Origin: Vicinamibacterales bacterium
Lineage (GTDB): Bacteria > Acidobacteriota > Vicinamibacteria > Vicinamibacterales > SCN-69-37
DNA length: 64,000 nucleotides
Assembly (NCBI GenBank): GCA_038319675.1
Contig: JBBQDM010000008.1
Location: 59,185-123,184, forward strand
Direction: 5' to 3'
A model generated the notes under the pieces. It had not been told where the DNA came from. It searched no databases and was given only the letters and a program-made list of their open reading frames with translations. Below, one piece after another: positions 36,587 to 45,367 of the stretch. Position 1 is the first letter of the stretch; every line of letters starts with the position of its first letter. The translations under genes and the position numbers were made by a program.

Positions 36587-37736
36587 GAATAGTCACCGGC
36601 AGTTCAACAGAAACAACCGTCCCAACAGACGGCTCGCTCAGCACAGTGATGTTGCCGCCGTGCCGGTGGATCGAGTCCCGACAGATGGACAAGCCCAAGC
36701 CGCCACCCTGCGGCCTTGTGGTGAAGAACGGCTCAAAAATACGTTCCAAGGCTGGGCGAGGGATGCCCTCGCCACGGTCCGTCACTCTTACGCGAGCGAC
36801 CGGCCGACCCTCCTCATCAACGATCGCATCGCACTCTACACCAATCGCGTCGCCCCTGCGACTCGCCTGGCAAGCGTTCATTAGCAGATTAATCAAGACC
36901 TGACGCAACTCGTGAGCGTCCCCGAGGACCCAATGACTCTCAGCGACGGAGGCGTGAATTGTCTCACCTCGGTGCTTGGCGTAAGACTGGCAGAACGTGA
37001 CGGCATCAATCGTCAATGCGGTGAGATCTATGCGCTCGTCCCTCGATGGAGTCGGTCGGCCGAGGCTTAGCATCCCAGAGAGAGCGCGATTCACCCTATC
37101 CACTTCGGCGATGACCGCACCGAGTAGCCTCTCGCGCTCGCCGGCTGGCGCCTGGTCATTTTGCACAAGCTGGACCATCGAACGTACCGCCGCAAGCGGG
37201 TTTCGAATCTCGTGCGCGATCCCGGCCGCCATCTCACCGGCAACGCTCAGCCGGTTCGAGCGGACCACCGCCCGCGACCGAGCCCGCTCGTTAGCGGTCT
37301 GTTTCGCGGAGTGGAGAGCGGACGCTACTTCGGATGCCTCAATCGGCACCTTCGATGGCACGAGGCTCGATCGCGACGGACGACATAGGCCAGCCCATGC
37401 GACCAACTCTCCGTCCACAATGAGCGGCACAGCCAAGTCCGCCGTCCAATATCGGAGAGCCTCCCGTTCCTCTGGGCCAAGAGCAGCGCAGACACCAATT
37501 GAGTCTGGAATCGGAAGAACGCTGGCATTCACGCGAAGCCACCGGGGCAAGAGGCTCCAAGAAGGGAAGGGTACAGTGCCGGTCGCGAGGTGCCGCGCCA
37601 TGCCAAGAGTGGCCGTCGGCGTAAAGCCCTCATCGGCTGTGCCGTCCACTTCGAAGAGTGCACCGCCAGAAGCGTCGAACAGCTCGACGATCGCCCGAAG
37701 GGAACGGTCCGCCGCCGATTCAGACAACTTGTCCAT
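36564..37736 (-). CDS. Sensor histidine kinase (GAF-like N-domain, HisKA, HATPase_c)
   Basis: Has the H-box AAGIAHEIRNPLAAV, the N-box LINLLMNACQA, and the G-boxes DRGEGI and GGGLGLSI. Confidence 0.85.
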   Translation of the reverse strand: MDKLSESAADRSLRAIVELFDASGGALFEVDGTADEGFTPTATLGMARHLATGTVPFPSWSLLPRWLRVNASVLPIPDSIGVCAALGPEEREALRYWTADLAVPLIVDGELVAWAGLCRPSRSSLVPSKVPIEASEVASALHSAKQTANERARSRAVVRSNRLSVAGEMAAGIAHEIRNPLAAVRSMVQLVQNDQAPAGERERLLGAVIAEVDRVNRALSGMLSLGRPTPSRDERIDLTALTIDAVTFCQSYAKHRGETIHASVAESHWVLGDAHELRQVLINLLMNACQASRRGDAIGVECDAIVDEEGRPVARVRVTDRGEGIPRPALERIFEPFFTTRPQGGGLGLSICRDSIHRHGGNITVLSEPSVGTVVSVELPVTIHAPHSDR

Positions 37737-37757
37737 CTTCTAGGCGGGTTCGTCGGA

Positions 37758-38024
37758 CTAGTTCTTTGCGGTGTTCTTGGCTGCCTTTGCGGCCAAAGCT
37801 TTCCGCCTGACCCAGTACTTACGCATTCCCTCGCTGATGGCAGCCTTGCCTTTGGACGAGAACTTCCGCGTTCTCGGTTGTTCAGCTTGCCCCTGGGCCC
37901 GCTGCCGACCCCGCAACTCCGGGAACACTCGATAAATTTCGGCGATCTCGGCTTGAACCTCATCGAGCCGAGCCTGGGCTCCAACCAAGGCCCACTTCTT
38001 GTGTAAAGTCTCAGATTTGCTCAC
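37758..38024 (-). CDS. Small basic coiled-coil protein, unknown
   Basis: An 88-aa Lys/Arg-rich ORF directly upstream of the kinase. Confidence 0.45.
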   Translation of the reverse strand: MSKSETLHKKWALVGAQARLDEVQAEIAEIYRVFPELRGRQRAQGQAEQPRTRKFSSKGKAAISEGMRKYWVRRKALAAKAAKNTAKN

Positions 38025-38843
38025 GCGGGAGGCCTCCTACCTCTGGCAGATTAGTGTACTACAGGTCGCTTTCGTCTGGGCCGAACCGCAGCCGCTACCG
38101 CCAATAGCACCGGCAGCACTCATACTGCCAGCGCAGCCGGTGAGGGCTTTTGAGGAGACCTGCATGGCTGGTGAGTTCTAACATCAGCTTGGCGCTTGCA
38201 TCGTCGAGTACTGCGCCAATGAGGAAGTCCAAGTCTGCATCGACGGTGTTTGGACCGGTTGTCAGAAGGAGTGCGAACCTCCCCCGCATCTGTAAGCGGC
38301 GGCCTTGTGGGCGTTCCCACTGTTGTGTGACACCTCTGCGGGCCAGAACACGGTGTCGGGTCGCTGGAGCCGGCGTCAGACGAATCGCTCTCGATGCAAG
38401 TTGCTAGGTATCTTGTGACTGGTGCTTCGCTCGCAAACCTCCTTCGTGGCAGTCGACTACCGCAGTGGTCGGGCCGGCATTGGAAGCGACAGTAGCTGAC
38501 TTGGCAAAGAGTCCACTGGAGATCGCTCGTCATCAACGCGTCCGGCTTGAGGCTCGACAGTGGCATCTCGGAGCCCGCTCCGAAATGTCCCATCTTAGTT
38601 CGGGCAAGGCCTCGAAGAACGGTTACGAGCCAGCCGAGAGGAGTTCCTTCGAAGATTCTATGCGGAGAATCGCCTGTTGCCATTGCGTGCCGCGGCCACG
38701 AGTGGTTGGGTCCAGATGCGAACGAGCGTGCCTCGGACGAGGCCGACGGGCGAATAGCGAGGTCGATCGCTACTGGAAAGCACAACCACAGGCAGCGCTA
38801 CCGGCGCGTTGGGACGTCGGACCAGTGAGGAGAAGGCTGCTAC

Positions 38844-41264
38844 TCATTCGGACTCGTTTGCACGGAGTAGTACACTCGGCGGTGTCACAATCGTTCGCGT
38901 CGTGGTTGCGACAGTAGCGAACGCGGCTACTGCGACAAGAAAGCCTGCAGCAAGCATGAGATCGATAAGCGACGGAAGGGCGATCGGCCCAACCGTTGAC
39001 GTAAGGCCGCGAACGGCGAGTGAAGTTCCAATCACTCCAGCACAGGCGCCAAGTGCCCCTGAGATCAGAGGCTCCTTGGTGAGTTGCGCCACGATACGGC
39101 GGCGACCCGCTCCGAGTGCCATTCGCAGTCCGACCTCTCGCCGTGCACGATAAGCGCTCTGTCTCGCCATTGACATCATCGTTAGAACCGCCACCCCAAT
39201 CGCGAGTGCACCATAGATGCTCCATAGAGTAGCAACCACAACTGAGTTGCCCCGAGCTGCATCGATCGCGGCTTGAAGGGGTTCAGCTCGAAGGACGGTG
39301 ACTCCTGCCATCGAAGAAAGAGCCTGAACCAAGTTATCAAGCGTGCGCATGCAGCCTTGACCACATGCGCCTAAGAGTTGGACCTGAACCGCACCGGTTG
39401 GGTCAATGGAGCCGTCGATTGCTGCGTGGCGACGATAAACTTGAAGAACCGGGTTGCTGGTTTGGTCGACAGTCCGAAGGTCCGGAGCAATCCCGACCAC
39501 CCTCATCGGTTGTGGGTCACCATCAAATGTGACCGTTTTCCCCACTGCGCCTTCGGGAAAGAGACTCTTGGCAGCAGAACTGTTGATTACCACCTCGTAC
39601 TCTGAATCTGAAAAGCCCGGACCATTCAGGGCAAGACCGATCACGTCAAAGAAGGCAGCGTCAACAAGTGAAATCGCCGCCATGATCTTTCGCTCGTCTG
39701 ACCCGAGGAAAACGAAACCACGCTCGTTCGCCTTGATCGGCAACGCATTCACGAGACTGACGCGCGCCAACCCGGCCGCTCGAGCCAGGTCGGCGATCTC
39801 AGCACGTCGATGCCTGTACCGGGCGCCGTCGATCATTGACCGCTGTATCACCAAGCGAACGGACGCGACACCATCAGGGGAATATCCGAGATCCACGTTT
39901 AAAAGCTCTCGCATCGCTGAGAGGGCGACGAGCGTTCCTCCAAGGAGCACCGTTGCAACGAGTGAAGCAAGTCCGACGAAGAGCCTGCGGGCGACCTTTA
40001 CCGCCCTTCCATCACTACTAGGGACGAGCCGACCTTCAGCACGTCCGACAAGTGAAAGCTTTCGGCTCGCTACAAGTCCAGCAAGAACGACAGTGACAAC
40101 AACGAGCGCGAAGAGAAGGAGTGCCACGCCGATCCAGAGAGGAAAGGAGTCCGACGCAAGGAAAATGAAAGTGCGAAACTCCGCCAGATAACCTTCAGCG
40201 AGGTGCAGGCAGAATGAACTCAAAGCAAGGGTGCCTGCTACTACCACAGCAGCCAAGAGCACCGCCTCGGCAAAAATGACGTTTCGCTGATGTCGCTTTG
40301 GAGCGCCCAAGCAGACGTGGACCGCGAAGTCCCGCTGTCTGGCCTGAAACGACTCCATGGCGAAAATGCCAACGTTTCCCAGGCAAAGCGTGAAGGCTAC
40401 CAGTGTCGAGAGGAACAATACGAATAGCCCTGGACGCACTGCCGCTGTGAGACTTTCCGAGAGCAGCACCCCACTGACCATCTGGCCGTATCGGACCCCC
40501 GTCTTTGGCGTCAACGTAGTGTTCGCGGCTTCTAGAAGTTGGCGCATCTCGACCTTGAGCCGGTCGAGGCCTACTCCGCGCTTCGGTAGTGCGATCCACC
40601 CCGTTTGCGAACGCACAGGTGGCAGCCCAGGAGCACCTTCTACTAAGGGCGGTCGCGAAACCGCGGATTTAACTCGCGGGATCCAGGCTTGCGCTCCAGA
40701 CGGGAATCGCAGCCTGGAATCGGTGGTACCAACAAGCCTCAGATTGTGGGGCCCTATCCGGCACTCAAGAACCCCTACAGTTCCTTTAAGTTGCAGGAAT
40801 AGGTCCTGGCTTATAACGATGACCCTGGGATCTCCCACCTCATCGTCTGGCAGGAGCCGACGGCCGGTGAGGATAACGTCATCAAAAATGTCAAAAAATC
40901 CACTCGACACCTCGGCCACACGGAGCCACTTCGCCAATCCTGCGCAGCTGACGTGAGCGTCGCCAACTCTATAGATAGAAATGAAGTCGAGTCCCGGAGC
41001 TTGCCCCCACCATTCAACAGGATCGGTGAAACCGGTTCCGTGAGCTAGGCCGCCTAGCGTGACCACCTCGTTCGCCCTCGTACCTGGGAACGGGTTTAGC
41101 ACAATCGTACGATAGGCGAGCCCGACAGCTATCGACACCGCACCCGTTGCAGCCAAGAGGAGAATCGCGGCCCACCAAGACGCATTCGTCCTTGCTCTAC
41201 GCCACGCGTGGGATATTTGCCTCACGATCACGCCCTTCTGGACCGAGTCCAACATCGCGCGCAC
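38844..41264 (-). CDS. ADOP-type duplicated FtsX/MacB-like permease
   Basis: 806 aa with an N-terminal TM (WWAAILLLAATGAVSIAV) and two FtsX-like TM clusters. No ATPase gene is adjacent. The start is GTG 41264 or ATG 41255. Confidence 0.75.
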   Translation of the reverse strand: MRAMLDSVQKGVIVRQISHAWRRARTNASWWAAILLLAATGAVSIAVGLAYRTIVLNPFPGTRANEVVTLGGLAHGTGFTDPVEWWGQAPGLDFISIYRVGDAHVSCAGLAKWLRVAEVSSGFFDIFDDVILTGRRLLPDDEVGDPRVIVISQDLFLQLKGTVGVLECRIGPHNLRLVGTTDSRLRFPSGAQAWIPRVKSAVSRPPLVEGAPGLPPVRSQTGWIALPKRGVGLDRLKVEMRQLLEAANTTLTPKTGVRYGQMVSGVLLSESLTAAVRPGLFVLFLSTLVAFTLCLGNVGIFAMESFQARQRDFAVHVCLGAPKRHQRNVIFAEAVLLAAVVVAGTLALSSFCLHLAEGYLAEFRTFIFLASDSFPLWIGVALLLFALVVVTVVLAGLVASRKLSLVGRAEGRLVPSSDGRAVKVARRLFVGLASLVATVLLGGTLVALSAMRELLNVDLGYSPDGVASVRLVIQRSMIDGARYRHRRAEIADLARAAGLARVSLVNALPIKANERGFVFLGSDERKIMAAISLVDAAFFDVIGLALNGPGFSDSEYEVVINSSAAKSLFPEGAVGKTVTFDGDPQPMRVVGIAPDLRTVDQTSNPVLQVYRRHAAIDGSIDPTGAVQVQLLGACGQGCMRTLDNLVQALSSMAGVTVLRAEPLQAAIDAARGNSVVVATLWSIYGALAIGVAVLTMMSMARQSAYRARREVGLRMALGAGRRRIVAQLTKEPLISGALGACAGVIGTSLAVRGLTSTVGPIALPSLIDLMLAAGFLVAVAAFATVATTTRTIVTPPSVLLRANESE

Positions 41265-41296
41265 GCGGGCTGGCCACAGATTTCTGGCCAGCCCGC
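41265..41296 (-). promoter_or_regulatory. Perfect 12-bp stem / 8-nt loop hairpin between peptide gene and permease
   Basis: GCGGGCTGGCCA (41265-41276) is the exact reverse complement of TGGCCAGCCCGC (41285-41296). It abuts the permease start, so it would occlude any RBS. Confidence 0.8.
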
Positions 41297-41311
41297 AAGC
41301 GTTCCCACAAT

Positions 41312-41554
41312 CTAGTCAAGCGGCGGGTCTTCTCCGCAATTCGAGCATGTCGTCCAAGTTCCACCCGCTAGGCACATCTGGGCCTTGGGCGGGGTGCACA
41401 CTGACGCAATGCAGGCACCCACGCTGTACGGCTGACCAGCATACAGGCAAGTCGTCTGTGCGTCAGCCGTGGCAGGCACCGCAAACACGAGTGCGCCTGC
41501 CAAGCTCGGGAGTAATAGCGCACCGCCCAAGCCGAGTTTCTGTTTCAGAAGCAT
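41312..41554 (-). CDS. Small secreted Cys-rich peptide (80 aa)
   Basis: GGAGGTG lies 8 nt upstream. It has the signal peptide MLLKQKLGLGGALLLPSLAGALVFAVPATADA and 7 Cys in the mature part, including CLAGGTWTTCSNC. Confidence 0.7.
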   Translation of the reverse strand: MLLKQKLGLGGALLLPSLAGALVFAVPATADAQTTCLYAGQPYSVGACIASVCTPPKAQMCLAGGTWTTCSNCGEDPPLD

Positions 41555-41601
41555 AGTTCATTCACCTCCTCTCTGTTAGGAATTCTGGAGGAAGTGAAAA
41601 C

Positions 41602-41880
41602 CTACTCTGGTTCTGGCTCTCCAGTTACCGGGAGGCACTCGAACCAACATTGCGACCATGTTCCGTCCGGCTTACAGGTCGAGTATATGAAGCCCCACTC
41701 GCAAGACGGAACAATGATGCACGCCCCTGGAGAGTACCCACCGGGGCACTCAGCCTCACCCTGCTTAGCATCAAACAGCGCCTTCGCATCCACTGCGTAG
41801 GCCGCCGTGACGAACATCACAACCGACAGGGCACCGATGATTTTTTGCTTCACTGCTGCTCCATTCTCAACCGAGACCAT
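41602..41880 (-). CDS. Small secreted Cys-rich peptide (about 83-92 aa)
   Basis: Has the signal-like segment KQKIIGALSVVMFVTAAYA. The mature part has 7 Cys, including CKPDGTWSQCWFEC. A likelier start is GTG 41853, which is preceded by GGAG. Confidence 0.65.
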   Translation of the reverse strand: MVSVENGAAVKQKIIGALSVVMFVTAAYAVDAKALFDAKQGEAECPGGYSPGACIIVPSCEWGFIYSTCKPDGTWSQCWFECLPVTGEPEPE

Positions 41881-41898
41881 AACGACAATAGTTGCTGC

Positions 41899-42519
41899 CT
41901 ACGGAACTGCACTGCCAGGAGCGCTAGTCAGGCCAGGTAGCCGGAGGTTAAATGTCGCCTCAATCTGGCTTTGGCGAATGTCAATGAAGGCGCCCATCCA
42001 CGCACGCTTGATTTGCCCTGAGCGATCTATAAAGAGAGTCATCGGCGTCGCATCTAGTAACGGAAGATCCCCAGCCAGCTCACGATCGATAAGGAACACA
42101 TCGAACGGAAGCGGCTGGGTCAGAAGATGAGCCCGAAGGTCTTCGATCGACCCCGACGCGCTGAGGCCGATCACCCGGTAGTCATCGCTGACGTGCTTAC
42201 CAAGGGCGACAATATTGGAATGGTTTGCCGTGCACCATCCACAGGAAGGCGAGAGCACGTAAACCAGTGTCTCTCTTGACCACGCTGACTTAAACGAGGT
42301 CTTGCGGCCATCGAGAGCAACCAATGCAATATCAGGCAGCGTTGAATCGATCTGAATACGACCAAGAGCCGGCGCTTGGCGTCGGTTCAACTCGGCGCGG
42401 CCAAGCCACACGTTTATCGACAATGAGGCGGCCAAGACGAAAAGTAGCACCGTCGTGCCAAGGTTTGCAGTGAGTACGCCAGCGGCCACGCGGACAGCTT
42501 TTGTCACCGATAGCTTCAT
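41899..42519 (-). CDS. Membrane-anchored TlpA/redoxin-like thiol-disulfide oxidoreductase
   Basis: Has an N-terminal TM and the thioredoxin motif LSPSCGWCTANH (CGWC). Confidence 0.75.
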   Translation of the reverse strand: MKLSVTKAVRVAAGVLTANLGTTVLLFVLAASLSINVWLGRAELNRRQAPALGRIQIDSTLPDIALVALDGRKTSFKSAWSRETLVYVLSPSCGWCTANHSNIVALGKHVSDDYRVIGLSASGSIEDLRAHLLTQPLPFDVFLIDRELAGDLPLLDATPMTLFIDRSGQIKRAWMGAFIDIRQSQIEATFNLRLPGLTSAPGSAVP

Positions 42520-42529
42520 TTGTCGTTCC

Positions 42530-42946
42530 TCATTCTTGTCCAGCCGTCATCCAGCGCCCGGCCTCACACCGCTCAAACGCGTTGTCAACAGCACGGTAAA
42601 GGCCTGAGTCGTATGTTTCTCCATGTTCTCCAGTGCATGCCTTCTGCGCACTGCCGGGCGAGCCATCTGTCGCACCAAAACCTGGAGCGAGCACCCATCG
42701 GTTTCCCGCAGCACACAACTGAACCTGATCGTTTATTCTTCGCATAGCCCCCTGCGAGGACAATAGCCCAGCTTCATCTTTGCACTGGGTTACGCTACTC
42801 TTCACGTCATTGCCGTCATTGCCGTCTTGGGTGTTGTCAGCCGCTCCACAGCCCAACGGGAAGACCAGAACGAGAAACAGCGCGGCGCAAATAGCTCCTT
42901 TCTTAAGAACGAGTTGAGAGCTTGGATAGGGACGAAGAACACTCAT
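42530..42946 (-). CDS. Secreted (possibly lipo-)protein with 4 spaced Cys after the candidate lipobox Cys
   Basis: The internal Met start gives KKGAICAALFLVLVFPLGC, a signal peptide with an imperfect lipobox. Its motifs LCAAGNRW and RCEAGRW echo the C..G.W motif of the two peptides downstream. Confidence 0.55.
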   Translation of the reverse strand: MSVLRPYPSSQLVLKKGAICAALFLVLVFPLGCGAADNTQDGNDGNDVKSSVTQCKDEAGLLSSQGAMRRINDQVQLCAAGNRWVLAPGFGATDGSPGSAQKACTGEHGETYDSGLYRAVDNAFERCEAGRWMTAGQE

Positions 42947-43722
42947 TGATGAACTCCCAAAACCGACACCTGAAATTCCCGGTCCTGGCCCCCAGCAATT
43001 TCTCCGGTCGCCCTCGGACACTCGTGCGTCTAAGTAGGTAAACTACAAACAGAGGTTAGTCAGTCAGCCTGGCGGTGTCAAGCAGAAACTGCTCAGACGT
43101 TTCATTCATGGCTATAGATAACAACGGACAAGCTAAGCGGACGATGAGACTTCAATAGTTGGTGTTGGTCTCGACTTCCCCCCACCACATCTGCGAATGA
43201 AGTCTGCCGCAAAGACGGCCTGAATGTCCGCGGACAATCGGCCGCCCCTGGATCCGAGGTCGAGGCCGCCTTGCACAAAGTGTTAGCGAACGGTTAAAAC
43301 CCGCCACGGCAGGTAACGGAAATCAGGCATCCTTTGGAGTGCGAGAAATGAAGCTGTGCCAGCAATTGTTGATGAGTTGTGGCAGGTGTAGGTTTATTCG
43401 CTGATGGCTCAGAACGGCGGGGGCAGAATGGGTGAAGTAGGTGAGCGGGCGGCCGCTGAACGGGCCACCCGCTCCATTCAGGGGCGCGGATTTCTTTTTG
43501 ATTCCGCAACGCAGTCGGCTTCTTGGCTTTCTCGGCCCCAGGGTCACCGCACCAATTCTGTGGCCTCTGGTTTCCTTGAATTACTTCTGTGGGGCGGCAT
43601 GCACCGCTTGCATATTCATTAGAGTATTGACTTCCGCAGCGGTCTTGCCGGTCAAGGTCTGGATCGTGGAATTTATGGCCGTCATGTCGTTGGCCACTAG
43701 AGTGGCCGCGTAGAATGGGAGT

Positions 43723-44007
43723 ATGGCAGTTTATCTAGTTACTTGGGACTTAAACCGCGAAAAACCGAACTACGCGGCGGCGCGCGCGGCTTTCATGGCT
43801 CGGCTTGAACGGTACGCAAATATCCACGATCCGAACTTGGACTCCGTGCGATTTATGTCGACAGAGAGAACACCCAGTCAAATTGATGCCGACTTGCGGC
43901 AGGGAATGGACGCAAACGACCGCCTGGTCGTGACTCGAATGAGAGAAGGCGAGCACCAAGGTTGGCTGCATCAAACTGTATGGCAATGGATAAACGCAAG
44001 ACTTTAA
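43723..44007 (+). CDS. Small hypothetical protein (94 aa)
   Basis: The ORF is tightly followed by the DUF4917-like gene. The beta-alpha-beta start MAVYLVTWDL... gives only a vague Cas2/ferredoxin-fold impression. Confidence 0.5.
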   Translation: MAVYLVTWDLNREKPNYAAARAAFMARLERYANIHDPNLDSVRFMSTERTPSQIDADLRQGMDANDRLVVTRMREGEHQGWLHQTVWQWINARL

Positions 44008-44069
44008 GCCAGGCACCTGCGGCTCGTAGACGACTGATGAAGGAACGGCATGCACGAGGTAAACCAAGA

Positions 44070-45086
44070 ATGCTCAGTTTCGATGAAGCTCTCCAGCAAT
44101 CACAAACCGCGCCTCATCTCTTGCTAGGGAACGGGTTCAGTCGCGCCTGCCGAAATGAGATCTTTGCGTACAGCGCCCTCTTTGATCGTGCTGATTTCGC
44201 TGCTCTCTCTCCGACGGCCCGAGCCGCATTTGACGTCTTGAATACACGGGACTTCGAGGTTGTAATGCAAGCGTTGCGGAGCGCTGCGTCTTTGATGCAG
44301 GCCTACGACCCAACAAACCGTTCCCTGATAGATCAACTTTTGGTTGACGCGGCCGGCCTGCGTGAGGTTCTCGTCACAGCCATCGCTGACAATCATCCTG
44401 AATTGCCGTCGGATATCGAAGCCAGTCGATATGCCGCATGTCGACAGTTTCTCTCTGGGTTCAAGACCGTTTACACACTCAACTACGATCTGCTGCTTTA
44501 CTGGGCGCTAATGAATGACGAGGACGGTCTCGAGGTCGAGTGCGATGACGGTTTCAGAACCTTGGACGATCCAGAAGGAGACGGCCAGGAGGACTATGTG
44601 ACATGGGAGCCAGGGAGACCTGGACAGAACATTTTCTACCTGCACGGGGCTCTTCACATCTTTGACGCTGGCGCTGAAGTCCAGAAGTACACATGGACGA
44701 GAACTGGCGTGCGACTCATCGAACAGATCCGAGCCGCCCTTAACAACCATCTGTACCCGATTTTCGTTGCTGAGGGTGAAAGCAAGGCTAAATTCACAAA
44801 GATCAGGCATAGCGATTTCTTGGCAAAGGCGTACCGCAGTTTTCAGGCGATTGGCGGCACCTTATTCATATTCGGCCACTCGATGGCGACCAGCGACGAG
44901 CACATCATCAAATTGATTGAGAAGGGCAAGGTGAAACAGGTCTTCATCAGCATCTTTGGGGATCCTGAGAATCCGGCGAATAGGGCGATACAGCGGAGAA
45001 TGGACGTGATGAAGGCATCAAGACCAGCAAAACGCCCGCTCGAGGTGCAGTATTTCTCAGCGGAGACGGCAAAGGTGTGGGGCTAA
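44070..45086 (+). CDS. DUF4917-like (SIR2-superfamily-related) protein
   Basis: LLLGNGFSRA..., YTLNYDLLLYW and FYLHGALHIF match my recollection of DUF4917. The start is ATG 44070 (or 44037). The 43962 start overlaps the upstream gene. Confidence 0.6.
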   Translation: MLSFDEALQQSQTAPHLLLGNGFSRACRNEIFAYSALFDRADFAALSPTARAAFDVLNTRDFEVVMQALRSAASLMQAYDPTNRSLIDQLLVDAAGLREVLVTAIADNHPELPSDIEASRYAACRQFLSGFKTVYTLNYDLLLYWALMNDEDGLEVECDDGFRTLDDPEGDGQEDYVTWEPGRPGQNIFYLHGALHIFDAGAEVQKYTWTRTGVRLIEQIRAALNNHLYPIFVAEGESKAKFTKIRHSDFLAKAYRSFQAIGGTLFIFGHSMATSDEHIIKLIEKGKVKQVFISIFGDPENPANRAIQRRMDVMKASRPAKRPLEVQYFSAETAKVWG

Positions 45087-45367
45087 AGGTTTGCTTCAGT
45101 GGGTGGGCACCTGATCCAAGGCAAACGTACACAGGTAGTGCGGGCGGGCGGCCACGTCCGTCTTTTGCAACGAACGGCAGGTATTGGTACGATAGATATG
45201 TGCGAGCTTGGGAACCTGAGCGGTTCCTCCGCAATGATCTGGACCACTCTGGGGTGGGAGTCAACTCGCCACCCACGCCGCTAAAGGAGACAGCTATCCC
45301 GTGAGAGCGCCGTGTGATGTCTCGAAGACAACCGCAATCCCGTGCACGAGACTCATCCAATCCGGCA

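Noticed and set aside
38120-38785. A 221-aa ORF, with overlapping 150-aa and 93-aa ORFs, in the gap between the kinase operon and the ADOP permease.
   Set aside because: The sequences are low-complexity and Arg/Ser/Cys/Pro-rich, with no motifs, no RBS and mutually overlapping frames. They look like GC-driven open frames rather than genes.
43355-43385. A TGGCAC on the minus strand (plus-strand GTGCCAGCAATTG), considered as a sigma-54 promoter for the 38.8-42.9 kb module.
   Set aside because: No TTGC-like -12 element lies at the required spacing. Other TGGCAC occurrences in the window (for example 16294, 30249, 54564) also lack a -12 element or are intragenic.
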